Shown here piece by piece: positions 16,847 through 27,700 of a DNA stretch of 49,525 nucleotides. Both the position numbers and the translations under genes were made by a program. The notes beneath the pieces are model-generated. The model did not search any database, had not been told where the DNA came from, and was given only the letters and a program-made list of their open reading frames with translations. The stretch is from IMG/VR virus record IMGVR_UViG_3300035670_000319, positions 1 to 49,525 of that record. One strand, written 5' to 3'. The first letter of the stretch is position 1, and each line of letters opens with the position of its first letter. This stretch comes from a virus (Duplodnaviria > Caudoviricetes).

Positions 16847-19382
16847 GTTCGAGGAGCTGGTCGCCAAGCGTCGTGGCGTTGATACCGCTGCGGGTGCTGC
16901 TGGCGGCAATGAGTTCGACCAGCTCGTCGAGTGGCGCCGCTACCAGAAGCTCGACTCCTCGCTGCTGCAAGCTCAGGACGAGCCGGCGCGTGCGGCTGAG
17001 ATCGAGCGGTTCGCGGCCGAGCGGCAGATCACGGTCGACTCGGTACGCAGCAATCTCGACACGCTGCGGCAGCAGAAGCGCCAGGACGAGATCCGTGCAG
17101 CTGAGTTGCCGAAGACGGCGCCGGTCACGGCTGAGTTCCTGTCCGACCCGAGCAACGCTGCTGTGGCCGGCAACGAGTGGTCGCTGCTGCGCGATCTGGA
17201 GTACGTCATCAAGTCGCCCGTGACGGCCATCACGGCGGGCATCCCGCGTGGCGTACTCGGTACAGCTAAAATGCTGATCGAAAACTTTGACCCGACCCTG
17301 CGCGCACGTCAGGAAGACGAGCGCATCATGGCGCGGGCCAACGTGCGCACCCGGGCGTTGCTTAACGTGCGTGAGGGTCAACCGCTGCGCGGTATTCGCC
17401 CCGAAGACTATGAGGAGGCGGCTGACGCTGCCCCCGTGGTCGAGAGCGAACTGAGCGCATCGCTCGGCGCCAGTTCTGCGGAGTACCGCGAGGAAGCCAA
17501 ACGGTTCAATCCAGTCGAGGGCGTAAGTCGTCCGGCACAGATCATCGGTGGCGGCGTGGGTAGCGCGGCGCAGACTCTGGCGACCTTGCCGGTGGCGCTG
17601 TTCACGTTGCCGGCGATCGCCACGGGTGAGGCGTACCTGAACGCGACCGAGCAGGGCATGCAGCCGTCCAAGGCGTTTGGGTATGCCGCTACGCAGGGTC
17701 TGATCGAGTACGGCACCGAAAAGCTCGGTGTCGAGTCGCTGCTCAAGGGTCTGAAGGCATCCAACCCGATGGTCAAGGTGGCGCTTGATTTCGGCAAGAA
17801 AGAGGTGATTGGCGAGCAGGTCGCTACGGTGCTGCAGGATTTCAACGACTTCGTGAGCCTGCCGGAGAACGCCGACAAGACGATCAACGACTACATCGCC
17901 GAACGCCCTGGCGCTGCTGCCGAGACGTTGCTCGCTACTATCGCGGGAGGTGCCGCACAGATCGGCGCGGTCGCCGGGCTGCGCAAGCTGTCCGAGCTGG
18001 AGCAGACGCTGCGTCGCGACAAGGGCGATCAGGACTCGCTCGACAAGATGATCGACCTGGCCACGCAGAGCAAACTGCGCGAGGTGGATCAGGAGCGGTT
18101 CAAGTCCTTCCTGCAGTCCGCCAGCGGCGGCCGCACGGTCTACGTGGCGCAAGAGCAGGTGCAGAAGCTGGCCGACACCGGCCTGGCGCTCCCGGAGGAC
18201 ATCACCAAGCAGCTCGACGGGTCCGGCGCCGATGTGGCTATCACGCTGCGCGACGCGCTCGGCAATCCGGAAATCGCCGCCCAGCTGCGCGACTACATCC
18301 GTATTCGCCCGGGCGGCGCCACGCGCAGCGAGCTACGTGACGGCGGCAAGACGCTGGTGCAGGAGATCATGGCGCGCGCTCAGGCCGAAAAGGACGAGAC
18401 GACCGCCATCGATCAGGTCGCCGAGCGCCTGACGAACGAGCTGGTCGCGACGGGACGCATGACCCAGACCGAGGCGGCCACGTCGACTCAGCTGATCCGC
18501 AGTTACGCTACGCGCGTGCTGGCCGACCCGGAGTACGCTACCAAGGGTCTGACCGCTGACAAGCTGACCGAGATGCTCGGCCTGAGCGTGCAGCGCATGC
18601 CCGAGGACGGTCAGCCCGCGCCGGCCGCGGCGCGCGTGCTCGAGCAGGAGGAGGAAGACGTCGCGGTGGCCGGTGCCACCACCCCGGACGAGCGTGCCGA
18701 CGCACAGCGCGAGTGGGCGGTCAACCGCACCGAGTCGCCCTACTTCCGCCGTTGGTTCGGCGACAGCAAGGTGATGGACGCCGAGGGCAAGCCGCTGGTG
18801 GTGTATCACGGGACCAGCCGCAGCTTCGATACATTTGACCGAAAGGCCGGGCTCCGTTTCACCAGCAACAAAAAGGCGGGAATCGACACGCTCGGAAGTT
18901 GGTTTACCAAGAGCGCGGACACTGCGCGTGAGCTGTACGGCAACTTCATTGTGCCGACCTACCTGTCGATCAAGAAGCCGATCTCAGTCGATGGAGACAC
19001 GGCATTCAAAGCGATAAAGGTGGCGATGGAGCGGGCCGGAGGGCCCGAACAGTACCGGGAACGCATGAAAGCGATGGGGTATGACGGCATCGTTCTTCGT
19101 GATGTGAATCTTGACGGCATCAAGCAGACGGCCTACATCGCCTTTGAGCCCGAGCAGATCAAGTCCGCTATCGGCAACCGCGGCACGTTCGATCCGACCG
19201 ACCCGAACATCTTGAACCAGCCGACTGTCGACGCTCGAGGTGTGACCATCAGCGAGGAAGTGCAGGTTGCCGAGACGGGCGATACGGTCGTGGTAGAGCG
19301 TGACGCGGAAGTGGCGTTGCGCCAGACCGAGAAGCGCCTGCAGATGCTGCGCCGCATCCAGGAGTGCCTGAGCCGTGGCTAA
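16839..19382 (+). CDS. Large ejection protein, N-terminal part, with an ADP-ribosyltransferase-like (ART-PolyVal) domain
   Basis: PLVVYHGT...FDTFD...GSWFT...A..YG...P.YLSIKKP...GYDGI...F.PEQIKS..GN.GTFD at about 18700-19220. Confidence 0.75.
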   Translation: MNEFEELVAKRRGVDTAAGAAGGNEFDQLVEWRRYQKLDSSLLQAQDEPARAAEIERFAAERQITVDSVRSNLDTLRQQKRQDEIRAAELPKTAPVTAEFLSDPSNAAVAGNEWSLLRDLEYVIKSPVTAITAGIPRGVLGTAKMLIENFDPTLRARQEDERIMARANVRTRALLNVREGQPLRGIRPEDYEEAADAAPVVESELSASLGASSAEYREEAKRFNPVEGVSRPAQIIGGGVGSAAQTLATLPVALFTLPAIATGEAYLNATEQGMQPSKAFGYAATQGLIEYGTEKLGVESLLKGLKASNPMVKVALDFGKKEVIGEQVATVLQDFNDFVSLPENADKTINDYIAERPGAAAETLLATIAGGAAQIGAVAGLRKLSELEQTLRRDKGDQDSLDKMIDLATQSKLREVDQERFKSFLQSASGGRTVYVAQEQVQKLADTGLALPEDITKQLDGSGADVAITLRDALGNPEIAAQLRDYIRIRPGGATRSELRDGGKTLVQEIMARAQAEKDETTAIDQVAERLTNELVATGRMTQTEAATSTQLIRSYATRVLADPEYATKGLTADKLTEMLGLSVQRMPEDGQPAPAAARVLEQEEEDVAVAGATTPDERADAQREWAVNRTESPYFRRWFGDSKVMDAEGKPLVVYHGTSRSFDTFDRKAGLRFTSNKKAGIDTLGSWFTKSADTARELYGNFIVPTYLSIKKPISVDGDTAFKAIKVAMERAGGPEQYRERMKAMGYDGIVLRDVNLDGIKQTAYIAFEPEQIKSAIGNRGTFDPTDPNILNQPTVDARGVTISEEVQVAETGDTVVVERDAEVALRQTEKRLQMLRRIQECLSRG

Positions 19383-20136
19383 GGTCGTCAGCATCTCGGA
19401 GCTGAGTCGACTGGCGCGCGACGGCGCGAGAATCGTCAAGCGTGAGAAACCCAACCCGTTCGCGGCTGAGATCGAACGGTTACGCGCCGACCTGCAAGCC
19501 CTGGCCGAGCGACCCGCCCCGGTGCCCCAGCCGGTGGTGATGCCCGACTTGCCGCCCGTGCCGACTGCTGCTGAGATTGCTGCGCTCGTGCATGTACCTG
19601 CGCCGGTGCTGCCGGATCTGCCGCCGGCCGACGACGTGCAGGACGTGACGTACGATGAGCGCGGCCGCCTGCGCATCAAGCTCAAGAGCGGCAAGCAGTT
19701 CGAGGTTCGCATCTCCGGCACGACCACGGTGGTGCAGAGTGGTCCGACGCTATCCACAGTGGTCGTCAACCCTGACAATACGCTCACCTTTACTTTTTCC
19801 GATGGCTCCACCATCGATTCGACCGGAGCGATCAACGTGCCCTTCGACGACTATAGCGAGGTCGAGTACCTGGCTGACCAGACCAGCGCCGGCACTGTGC
19901 TGACGTTCTCTTTTGTCAACGGCCCTGTCCAAAAAGTCTGGGTCGAGATGCAGGCTGCCGACGCCGACGACACGAGCACGGGTCGCGTTCGTGTGGATGG
20001 CACCGATCCGACCGCCACGGTCGGCACGTTGCTGCACGCCGGCCAGGTTCAACCCATTAGTTCCCCACCCACCAGCACGGTCAAAGTGCTCGCGCCTTCC
20101 GGTAAGGTCGTGAGTGTCTACGGCTACCGGAGATAG
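19375..20136 (+). CDS. Hypothetical protein (coiled coil, Pro-rich linker, beta-rich C-terminus)
   Basis: Overlaps the upstream stop, in operon. Confidence 0.7.
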   Translation: MAKVVSISELSRLARDGARIVKREKPNPFAAEIERLRADLQALAERPAPVPQPVVMPDLPPVPTAAEIAALVHVPAPVLPDLPPADDVQDVTYDERGRLRIKLKSGKQFEVRISGTTTVVQSGPTLSTVVVNPDNTLTFTFSDGSTIDSTGAINVPFDDYSEVEYLADQTSAGTVLTFSFVNGPVQKVWVEMQAADADDTSTGRVRVDGTDPTATVGTLLHAGQVQPISSPPTSTVKVLAPSGKVVSVYGYRR

Positions 20137-20138
20137 AC

Positions 20139-20585
20139 ATGAGCAAGGGTAATACCTTTGAAGACGACATTCTGAAGCTGCTGCTCAATGGCACAGCTAT
20201 CGCCAACATCGCGGACAACGCCGCGTCGTTACCGTTGACTGTCTTGTACCTGTCGCTGCATACAGCCGACCCGGGCGAGGCGGGGTCGCAGACCACCAAC
20301 GAGATCGCCTACACGGGCTACGCGCGTCAGTCGGTCGCGCGTACTACCGGCGGCTGGACGGTCAGCGCGGGTGTCGCGTCCTTGGCTGTTAACGTCGATT
20401 TTCCGGAGATGACGGGTGGTGCTGGTGGCACCGTCACGCACTGGGCGGTCGGTACGGCATCGAGCGGCGCCGGCAAGATTCTGTACAAGGGCGCCGTCTC
20501 TCCCACCCAGGTTATCGCGACGGGCGTTATCCCGCGCATCAAGGGCACGCCGAGCGGGACGCCGTCGACGATCAGCGAGGATTGA
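20139..20585 (+). CDS. Virion fibre/decoration-type protein (LY..LHTADP.E family)
   Basis: LYLSLHTADPGEAGSQTTNEIAYTGYARQ motif, widespread in phage structural modules. GGAG SD. Confidence 0.75.
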   Translation: MSKGNTFEDDILKLLLNGTAIANIADNAASLPLTVLYLSLHTADPGEAGSQTTNEIAYTGYARQSVARTTGGWTVSAGVASLAVNVDFPEMTGGAGGTVTHWAVGTASSGAGKILYKGAVSPTQVIATGVIPRIKGTPSGTPSTISED

Positions 20586-20588
20586 TAC

Positions 20589-20783
20589 ATGTCCTGGACC
20601 AAGGATTCGGTCAGCGAAGCCCCGAAGGTCGTCTATACCCCCGGACCTGAAGGGCCTATCGGTTGCACGAAACTGGTCTATGACCCTAACGCTCCTGCGG
20701 AACAGCGCCTCACGGCGTACTTCTCGCATCTGACGGTGGTCAACGAAACCTTGCAGCAGATCGAGACAGCATTAGGACTGTGA
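20589..20783 (+). CDS. Small hypothetical protein
   Basis: GAGG SD, fits tightly between its neighbours. Confidence 0.65.
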   Translation: MSWTKDSVSEAPKVVYTPGPEGPIGCTKLVYDPNAPAEQRLTAYFSHLTVVNETLQQIETALGL

Positions 20784-20784
20784 C

Positions 20785-21744
20785 ATGGCACTGGCCAACG
20801 GCACGACAACGATGTACCTCCCGATCGCCGGCTCTGCCGGCGCTTCGCTTTGGGGTACTGACGTACGGGCCATGCTCACCTCACCGGACGGCACGGCGGA
20901 CACCAGCTCGACCTTGACGCACGGCACGGGCGGCGACACCCGCTGCACGGTCGACCCTTACACCGCCAGCTCTACGGATGCGGCACAGGACGCGTACGGT
21001 TGGGCGATCAACCCCGCCGACGTGGCCGCCGGCATGGGCAGCACGTCAACGCTCAAGCGCAAGATGGCGGCCGGCAATCACGTCTGCACGTTGCGTCTGT
21101 CTCACAGCGCAACGCTCGGCGACAGCACGGCCACGCTGCACTTTTTCGCCTATCGAGTCGGGCCGTCGCCGGGGCGCACCCGCACCTTGCTGGGATCTGT
21201 GGATCAGGCCATCAGCCTTGGCGCGCTTGGAGCGGAGGCGACCTACAACGCGACGATTGCCTTGGGTGAGGTGGTCTTCGACAACGACGAGACGATTCAG
21301 TACAGCTACGAGATCACCGCCACGGGTCAGGTGGTCAGTGGCGCCAGCACGACGTTCCGCACCGGCACGAGTGGTGGTGTGGCGGTGCGGGTGGACTTCC
21401 CGGAGTTGCGGACGATCACGGAGATGGTCGGATCGTCGGCGGGTGTCGCTGCGGCCAATGGGGTGACCGGCAAGGTACTGCCGGTGGCCGGCTCATCGGC
21501 CGGTGTCGCCACGGTCGCGGGTGTCCTGGGCGCCACCAAGGGCACCGTCGCCTCGGCCGCTGGCGTGGCGGTAGCCGCGGGGGTGGCGGCGGCTGTCAAG
21601 GGCACCGTGGCTTCGGCTGCCGGTTCGGCAATGGCTTCGGCTAATATGGCGACAGTCAAGGGCGTCGTGGGCACCGTTGACGTGGGCGCGGGCGGGGGCA
21701 CTGTGGTGCGCCGCAAGCGGATCATCATTTACGACAAGGCATGA
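20785..21744 (+). CDS. Putative structural protein with C-terminal Gly/Ala/Val ~20-aa repeats
   Basis: KGTVASAAGVA-type repeats. AGGA SD. Confidence 0.65.
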   Translation: MALANGTTTMYLPIAGSAGASLWGTDVRAMLTSPDGTADTSSTLTHGTGGDTRCTVDPYTASSTDAAQDAYGWAINPADVAAGMGSTSTLKRKMAAGNHVCTLRLSHSATLGDSTATLHFFAYRVGPSPGRTRTLLGSVDQAISLGALGAEATYNATIALGEVVFDNDETIQYSYEITATGQVVSGASTTFRTGTSGGVAVRVDFPELRTITEMVGSSAGVAAANGVTGKVLPVAGSSAGVATVAGVLGATKGTVASAAGVAVAAGVAAAVKGTVASAAGSAMASANMATVKGVVGTVDVGAGGGTVVRRKRIIIYDKA

Positions 21745-21747
21745 CAC

Positions 21748-24700
21748 ATGGCGCTCAAGGATTGCATCGGCAAGGCCGGTAAGGCTCTCGACCGTGACGA
21801 CGCGGACGGGATGCTGTCGCTCGTCGACCAGGGCGTCAGCGAGGCCGATGCGGTCACGCAGCAGATCGTCGCGGTCGAGCAGGAGCTGGCGGATCTGCGG
21901 CAACGTGCGCTCGCTGCGGGCGCAAAGGAAGTGCGTTCGCTCTTCCAAGGTTACGGCCCGGGCGGCGGGCAGCCAGATGCCGCAGCCGTGTCCGAGTACG
22001 CTACCGAAGCGCAACTGGTCAAGGTGGGCACGCGCAAGGTTGGCGCGGGCAACGTGCGCACCCCGGAAGACGCAGCACGCGCTACCGCATATCTTAGCGT
22101 CAACGGTGTCGAGCGCATGGACGCCCTTGTGACCGACGCCAGCGGTAAGGTGCTCGCCGTAGTGGGCGGGTTCAAGGGTACGGTCGACGCGGCTTCAGTC
22201 TACAAGCGCACTATCATCGGCGAGGTGTTCGGCATCCCTGGCGCCGCGAACGTGTGGCTGTCACACAACCACCCCAGCGGCGAAGCGTCGCTGAGTGATG
22301 CTGACCGTCGCCTGATGTCGGAGATCGCGCGTACGTTCGAGGGTACAAACGTCTCGGTGCGCGGCATCCTCGCCATTGGTGCGGGTGACGGCAATCAGCG
22401 TCGGTACACGTTTGATGCTCCTGGCGCCGACCCGATGGTGTCCGGAACGGTCGAGATGGTTCCCGGTAAAACCAAGCCGGTGCTCGAGCGTCAGATAACG
22501 CGGTTCGGCACGCTTGGTCCGGCGATTAGTTCGCCCGACGTCGCGATCGCGGCGGTGCGCAACATTGCCGGCAGTACACCCGGCGTCGTCATGCTCAACA
22601 CGCAGAACGCCCCCGTGGGGTTTTTGCCGTTCGCACCGGAACTGGCCGCCAAGGTCAAGGGTACAGGTGGACTCGAGCAACTGTACAAAGCGTTCGCTCT
22701 TGCCAACGCCAGCGGCGCCATCATCGCCAATCCGGACGGTGCGTATACCCGCGAACAGATCGACAATCTGGCTGGCGCCATTCAGTTCGGAGGACTCGAG
22801 GGTCGCCCTCTGGATGCCATCGCGTATGACTCGACTGGTACGGGTGGCATGTCGTCGGCATCACGCGGGCAGATGAATCCGACCCGGCAGTATCAGCAGT
22901 CCGTAAGTACTCGACTGCCGACCGCCAAGAAAGCAACGGAGAATCCTCTCGAGCAGATGCTGGTTGTTGGTCTAGAGTCCTCGAAACTGGACCCGGATGC
23001 GTTTGCGACTAATGTCGGTCTGATCTCGAAGTACGTCAATTTTCCTGCCGGAGTCAAGACGAAGTCGCCCGACAAGCGTGCCGAGATTTTCATTGACGAA
23101 GTCGTTGAGAATCTTCTGTGGCTGCATGACCAAGTGCCGCCTGAGACTCGCGTCAGAAGCAAACTCTGGTACGACGGTGCTCGAGCGATTGTTGATCGCT
23201 GGGTGGAACAGTACGGTATTACCGATGCCCAGGCGTGCGGCATGATCGCAGTGCTGTCGCCACAAAAGGACTGGTATCAGAACGTCAGTCTCGCGGAACG
23301 CGTGGTGAGCATCTTGAAGTCGAAGAGCGAACACGTCTGGGACGACAAGATGACGCAGACCGCCAAGACAATCTTGGCGAAGCCGGAATACGCGGAAGAT
23401 CTCGGAGAGATCACCGGGAAGTCCCTGTCTCAACTGACCAGCCCGTACCTGAAAGCCATGTGGTTGCGCGTCTATGACCAGACGTACAACGAGCGCGGCT
23501 ATCACATCTTGACGCCCGAAGGTGACAAGGCCGAGTGGGCTGTCAACGCGGACGGCGTTACTCGCAGCAAGACTGCGTGGGGATCGTTCAACGAAATCGG
23601 TAAGGCCATCTCGATCTTCGAGGACGGCAGCATCGCTAATATCAGTGCCAGCCTCGGTGAGCAGCACAAGGTTCGCAACTTCTACAACAACATCTTCAAC
23701 CCGCAGAGTCAGCACGGCGATGTGACCATCGACACTCATGCGGTGGCGGCGGCATTACTGCGTCCGTTGTCTGGTTCGTCTATTGAGGTGAGTCACAACT
23801 TTGGAGGCGGCGGTGCCGCTAGTTCCAGCGTGTTTGGGTCCAAGGGCACCTACGGAATTTATGCTGAAGCGTATCGTCGGGCCGCCGCGCAACGCGGAGT
23901 TTTGCCGCGAGAGATGCAGTCGATCACCTGGGAAGCAATCCGTGGTTTATACGCTGCTACTTTCAAGGCGCAGGAGTCGAACGTCACGGCGATCGACAAC
24001 GTATGGAAACAGTACCGTAAAGGGGAGTTGAGCCTCGATGAAACTCGAAACGAAATCGTCCGAATCGCCGGGGGTGTCACTGCCCCTGAGTGGGAACAAT
24101 CCGGTGGTGCAGCGGCTGAAGGCGCTGGGCAAACCGGTGACTCGCGAAAACTATCTGGCGCTGGCGTACCCGGAGGGCGCACCGGTTCCGCTGCCAGCCG
24201 AGGACGAGGCGATACTGGACGAGGCTCTCGAGAGCTAGAGCAACGCCCCGAGCAAGAGCAGCCGCGCGGTCGCATCAAGCTGTTCCCGGATGGTCGCCGT
24301 GTGATCGAGCTGGGTCAGGCGTCCGATCTGTCGACGTTCCTGCACGAGTCGGCGCATCTGTTCCTCGATCTGGAGGCCCAGCTGGCGGCTGAGTTCGGTG
24401 TGACCGAACAGCAGCAGCGCATCCTTGACTGGTTCGGCGTCGCGACGTTCGAGGAGATCACGGTTGACCATCACGAGCAGTGGGCTGAGACGTTCGAGGC
24501 GTACCTGCGCGAAGGCAAGGCGCCGAGCGTCGGCTTGCGTCAGGCGTTTGCGGCGTTCTCTCGCTGGCTGACCACCATCTACAAAACGCTGATGGGTCTG
24601 CCGAACAATAAGCTGGACGCAGAGGTGCGTGCGATCTTTGACCGCTTGCTCGCAACGCAGGAGGAGATTGACCGCGCCGCAGGCAACCCTATCTACGACC

Positions 24701-27700
24701 AGTTCTTCCGGTCGCGCGAACAGGCGGGCATGACGGATGCCGAGTGGCAGAAGTACCAAGAGAAGCGCGCCAAGGTGAAGCAGAGCGCGACGGTCACGCT
24801 GCAGGACAAGGCGCTGAAGCAGTACCGCAAGATGCGCGAGGACGAGTGGAACACTGAGCGTGCGCCCCTGGTCGACGAGGAGATGGAGCGTCTGGGCAAG
24901 CAGCCCGTGTACGAGGTCATCAAGGACATCAGCAGCGGCTACCCAATGGACTGGGATGCCACGCTCGAGGTGCTCGGTGCGGATAAGCCCACCGGGCGTC
25001 TGATCGGTAAGCTCAAGAAAGGCGGTGTCGACCCGGCTGAGTATGCCGAGCAGTACGGCTACCCGAACACGCGTGCGATGCTCGACGAGATTCTCGCTGC
25101 GCCCAGCCTCAAGGCAGCCGCTACCGCTGCCGCTCAGGTGCGGATGATCGAGAAGTACGGCGACATCCTCAACGACGGCACGATCGAGCAGGAAGCCCGT
25201 GACGCTCTCCACAATGAGGCCCAGGCGGACCTGCTGATCGACGAAATCAACGCGCTCGATCGTGCCCCTGCCAACCGTGTCGACCGTGAGTACCTGCGCA
25301 CTGAAGCCGTTCGGCTAATCGGTGGGCTCACGTATCGCGAGATCACGCCCGAGCGGTACTACCAGGCGGAGATCCGTGCCGCGCGTAAGGCGGCTACCGC
25401 ACGTACGCCGCAGGAGAAGCGCGTGGCCAAGGTGCAGCAGCTGGCCAACCACTATCTCTACAAGGAAGCGACCCGCGTCCGGCAGGAGATGGAAAAGCAG
25501 CGTCGTTACGTGCGCAGCGTGCAGACCCGCCAGTACGACACGAAGGAAGTGGAGCCTCAGTACGCTCAGGCCATGCGCGTGCTGGCCAACTTCTACGAAC
25601 TGCGTACCAAAGACCCGAACCGTGTCCCGCAGCTGGATGCGTACCTCAACTGGCACCAGACGCAACTGAGCGACCCGAACGGCTTCGTGGCCTCGATGCT
25701 CACCATGTACGACCCGTACCTGATCGCAGCTCTTGAGGCCAAGCGCCAGGGTCAGCCGATCAGCTACGAGATTCCTACGTTCGAGGAGATGACCGCCGAT
25801 CAGGTGCGTGGTGTGTACGAGCACCTGCGGCATCTGCGTTTCGTTGGTGGCAGCATGTCCGAGCAGGGTCGCGCCGAGTTCAATGCCGACAAGGCGTCTC
25901 TGGCCAACAGCATCGAAACGAACGGCGGGCGTGACGTGCGCCCCGCAGATGTCGTTGCCCCACCGCCGTCACGCCTCGACAAGCTGACGGATAGCCTCAA
26001 GCAGCTGGGTTTCTCTCTGGTCAACCTGCGCAACCTGTCGCGCCTCCTGGACGGCTTCAACGAAGACGGCGAGGCGTACCGCCTGCTGTATCGTCTGGTC
26101 GAGGATGCCGAGAACGTCAAGCTGCAGGCACAGCGCGACCTGTACGACAAGTACAAGCAGGAGATGGAGGGCATCAACCGGGTCGGCTTGAACCGGAACG
26201 AGATCACCATCACGACCGACGACGGTCGCCAGTGGACGACGGATGGCAATCAGCGTCTGATGCTGGCGTTGTACTGGGGCTCCGAGTCGAGCCGCGAGGC
26301 GATCCGTGAAGGGCAAGGTGTGACGGACAACGACGTCCTGCGCGTGCTTTCGACCATGACGCCCGATCAGCTGCAGCTGGTCAATGCGATCTGGAAAATC
26401 AATGAGAGCCTGTGGCCTTCGCTGTCGGCTGCGGCTGTCCGCATGTACGGCGTCGCGCCGCCCAAGCTGGAGGCACTGCCGTACACCATCAACGGCGTCA
26501 CCCTGACGGGCGGTCACATGCGCCTGTACTACCACAGTCTCACGGACGAGATGAAGGAAGTGCAGGACCAGGGCGGCAAGTTCATGTCGATCATGCCGTC
26601 GCGTGCGGGCTCGACCATCGCTCGTGTCGGCTCGGGCGGCAAGCCCGTGTTGCTCGATCGCAGCAATATCACGCGTGCGTACAACGACGCGCTGCACTTC
26701 ATCGCTTACGCCGAGCCGGCGCGTCGCCTGGCGGGCTTGGTCAACAGCGGCGACGTCAAGGGTGTCATCGTGCGCAAGCACGGTGAGGCCATGTACAAGT
26801 CGCTGGTGGAGAACCTCGAGGGCATTACGTCCAACCGCAACGAGCGAGAAGCCATCAAGTTTTTCGCGGACCTGTCGCGCCACATCCGCAAGATGGCAAC
26901 GCTACGTCATCTGGCGTACTCCATCCGCAACGCGCTGCAGGGCTTGTCGTCGATCAAAATCGCGAAGGACGAGGTGGGCGCTGCACGCCTGATGGCAGCT
27001 TACGCGCAGGTGGTCACATCGCCGCGCGAGACGATCCGCACGATCAACGAACTATCTGTGGTCATGCGCAACCGTGGCTCCCTGGTCAATCGGGAGTCGG
27101 CCGAGTTCCTGCGTGAGATGAGTTTCGGCGGCCCGGCCGAGGCGGGGTGGAACACCTTTGTCGCCGCCGGCTTTGCGCCGCAGAAGCTGATCGACTCGCT
27201 GATCGCCTATCCGGTCTGGCTCGCTCGCTACAACCAGTACGCTGAGGATGTGGCGAGCGGCAAGATGACGCAGCGTGACGCCGTGAGCAAAGCGGACGAG
27301 GCGGTCGCGGCGTCGGTGGGCAGCGGCCAGGATCTGCAGATGGGCGCCATTTTCCAGATGAACAAGCCGGAATGGGTCAAGGTCATGACTGCGTTCGGCT
27401 CGTGGTTCAACAATTACTTCAACCGTTTGTACCGCGAGAGCAAGGGCTTCAGCGGCGACGGCTTCAAGTCCTGGGGCTTCTACCAGGCCGCGCTGACCAC
27501 ACCGATGATTGTGGCTGTCATGTCCGCCCTGATCGTGGCGGACGAGCCGGCGGAAGACGAGGACTGGATGAGCTGGGCGCTGAAGCGGTACGGCGCGTTC
27601 ATGGCGGGCTTGTTGCCGCTGGTGCGTGACTTCGTGTCCGCGGCTTCTGGCATCCCGTCCCGTACGCCGCTGGCGATGGTGCCGGAGACGCCGGTGCGTC

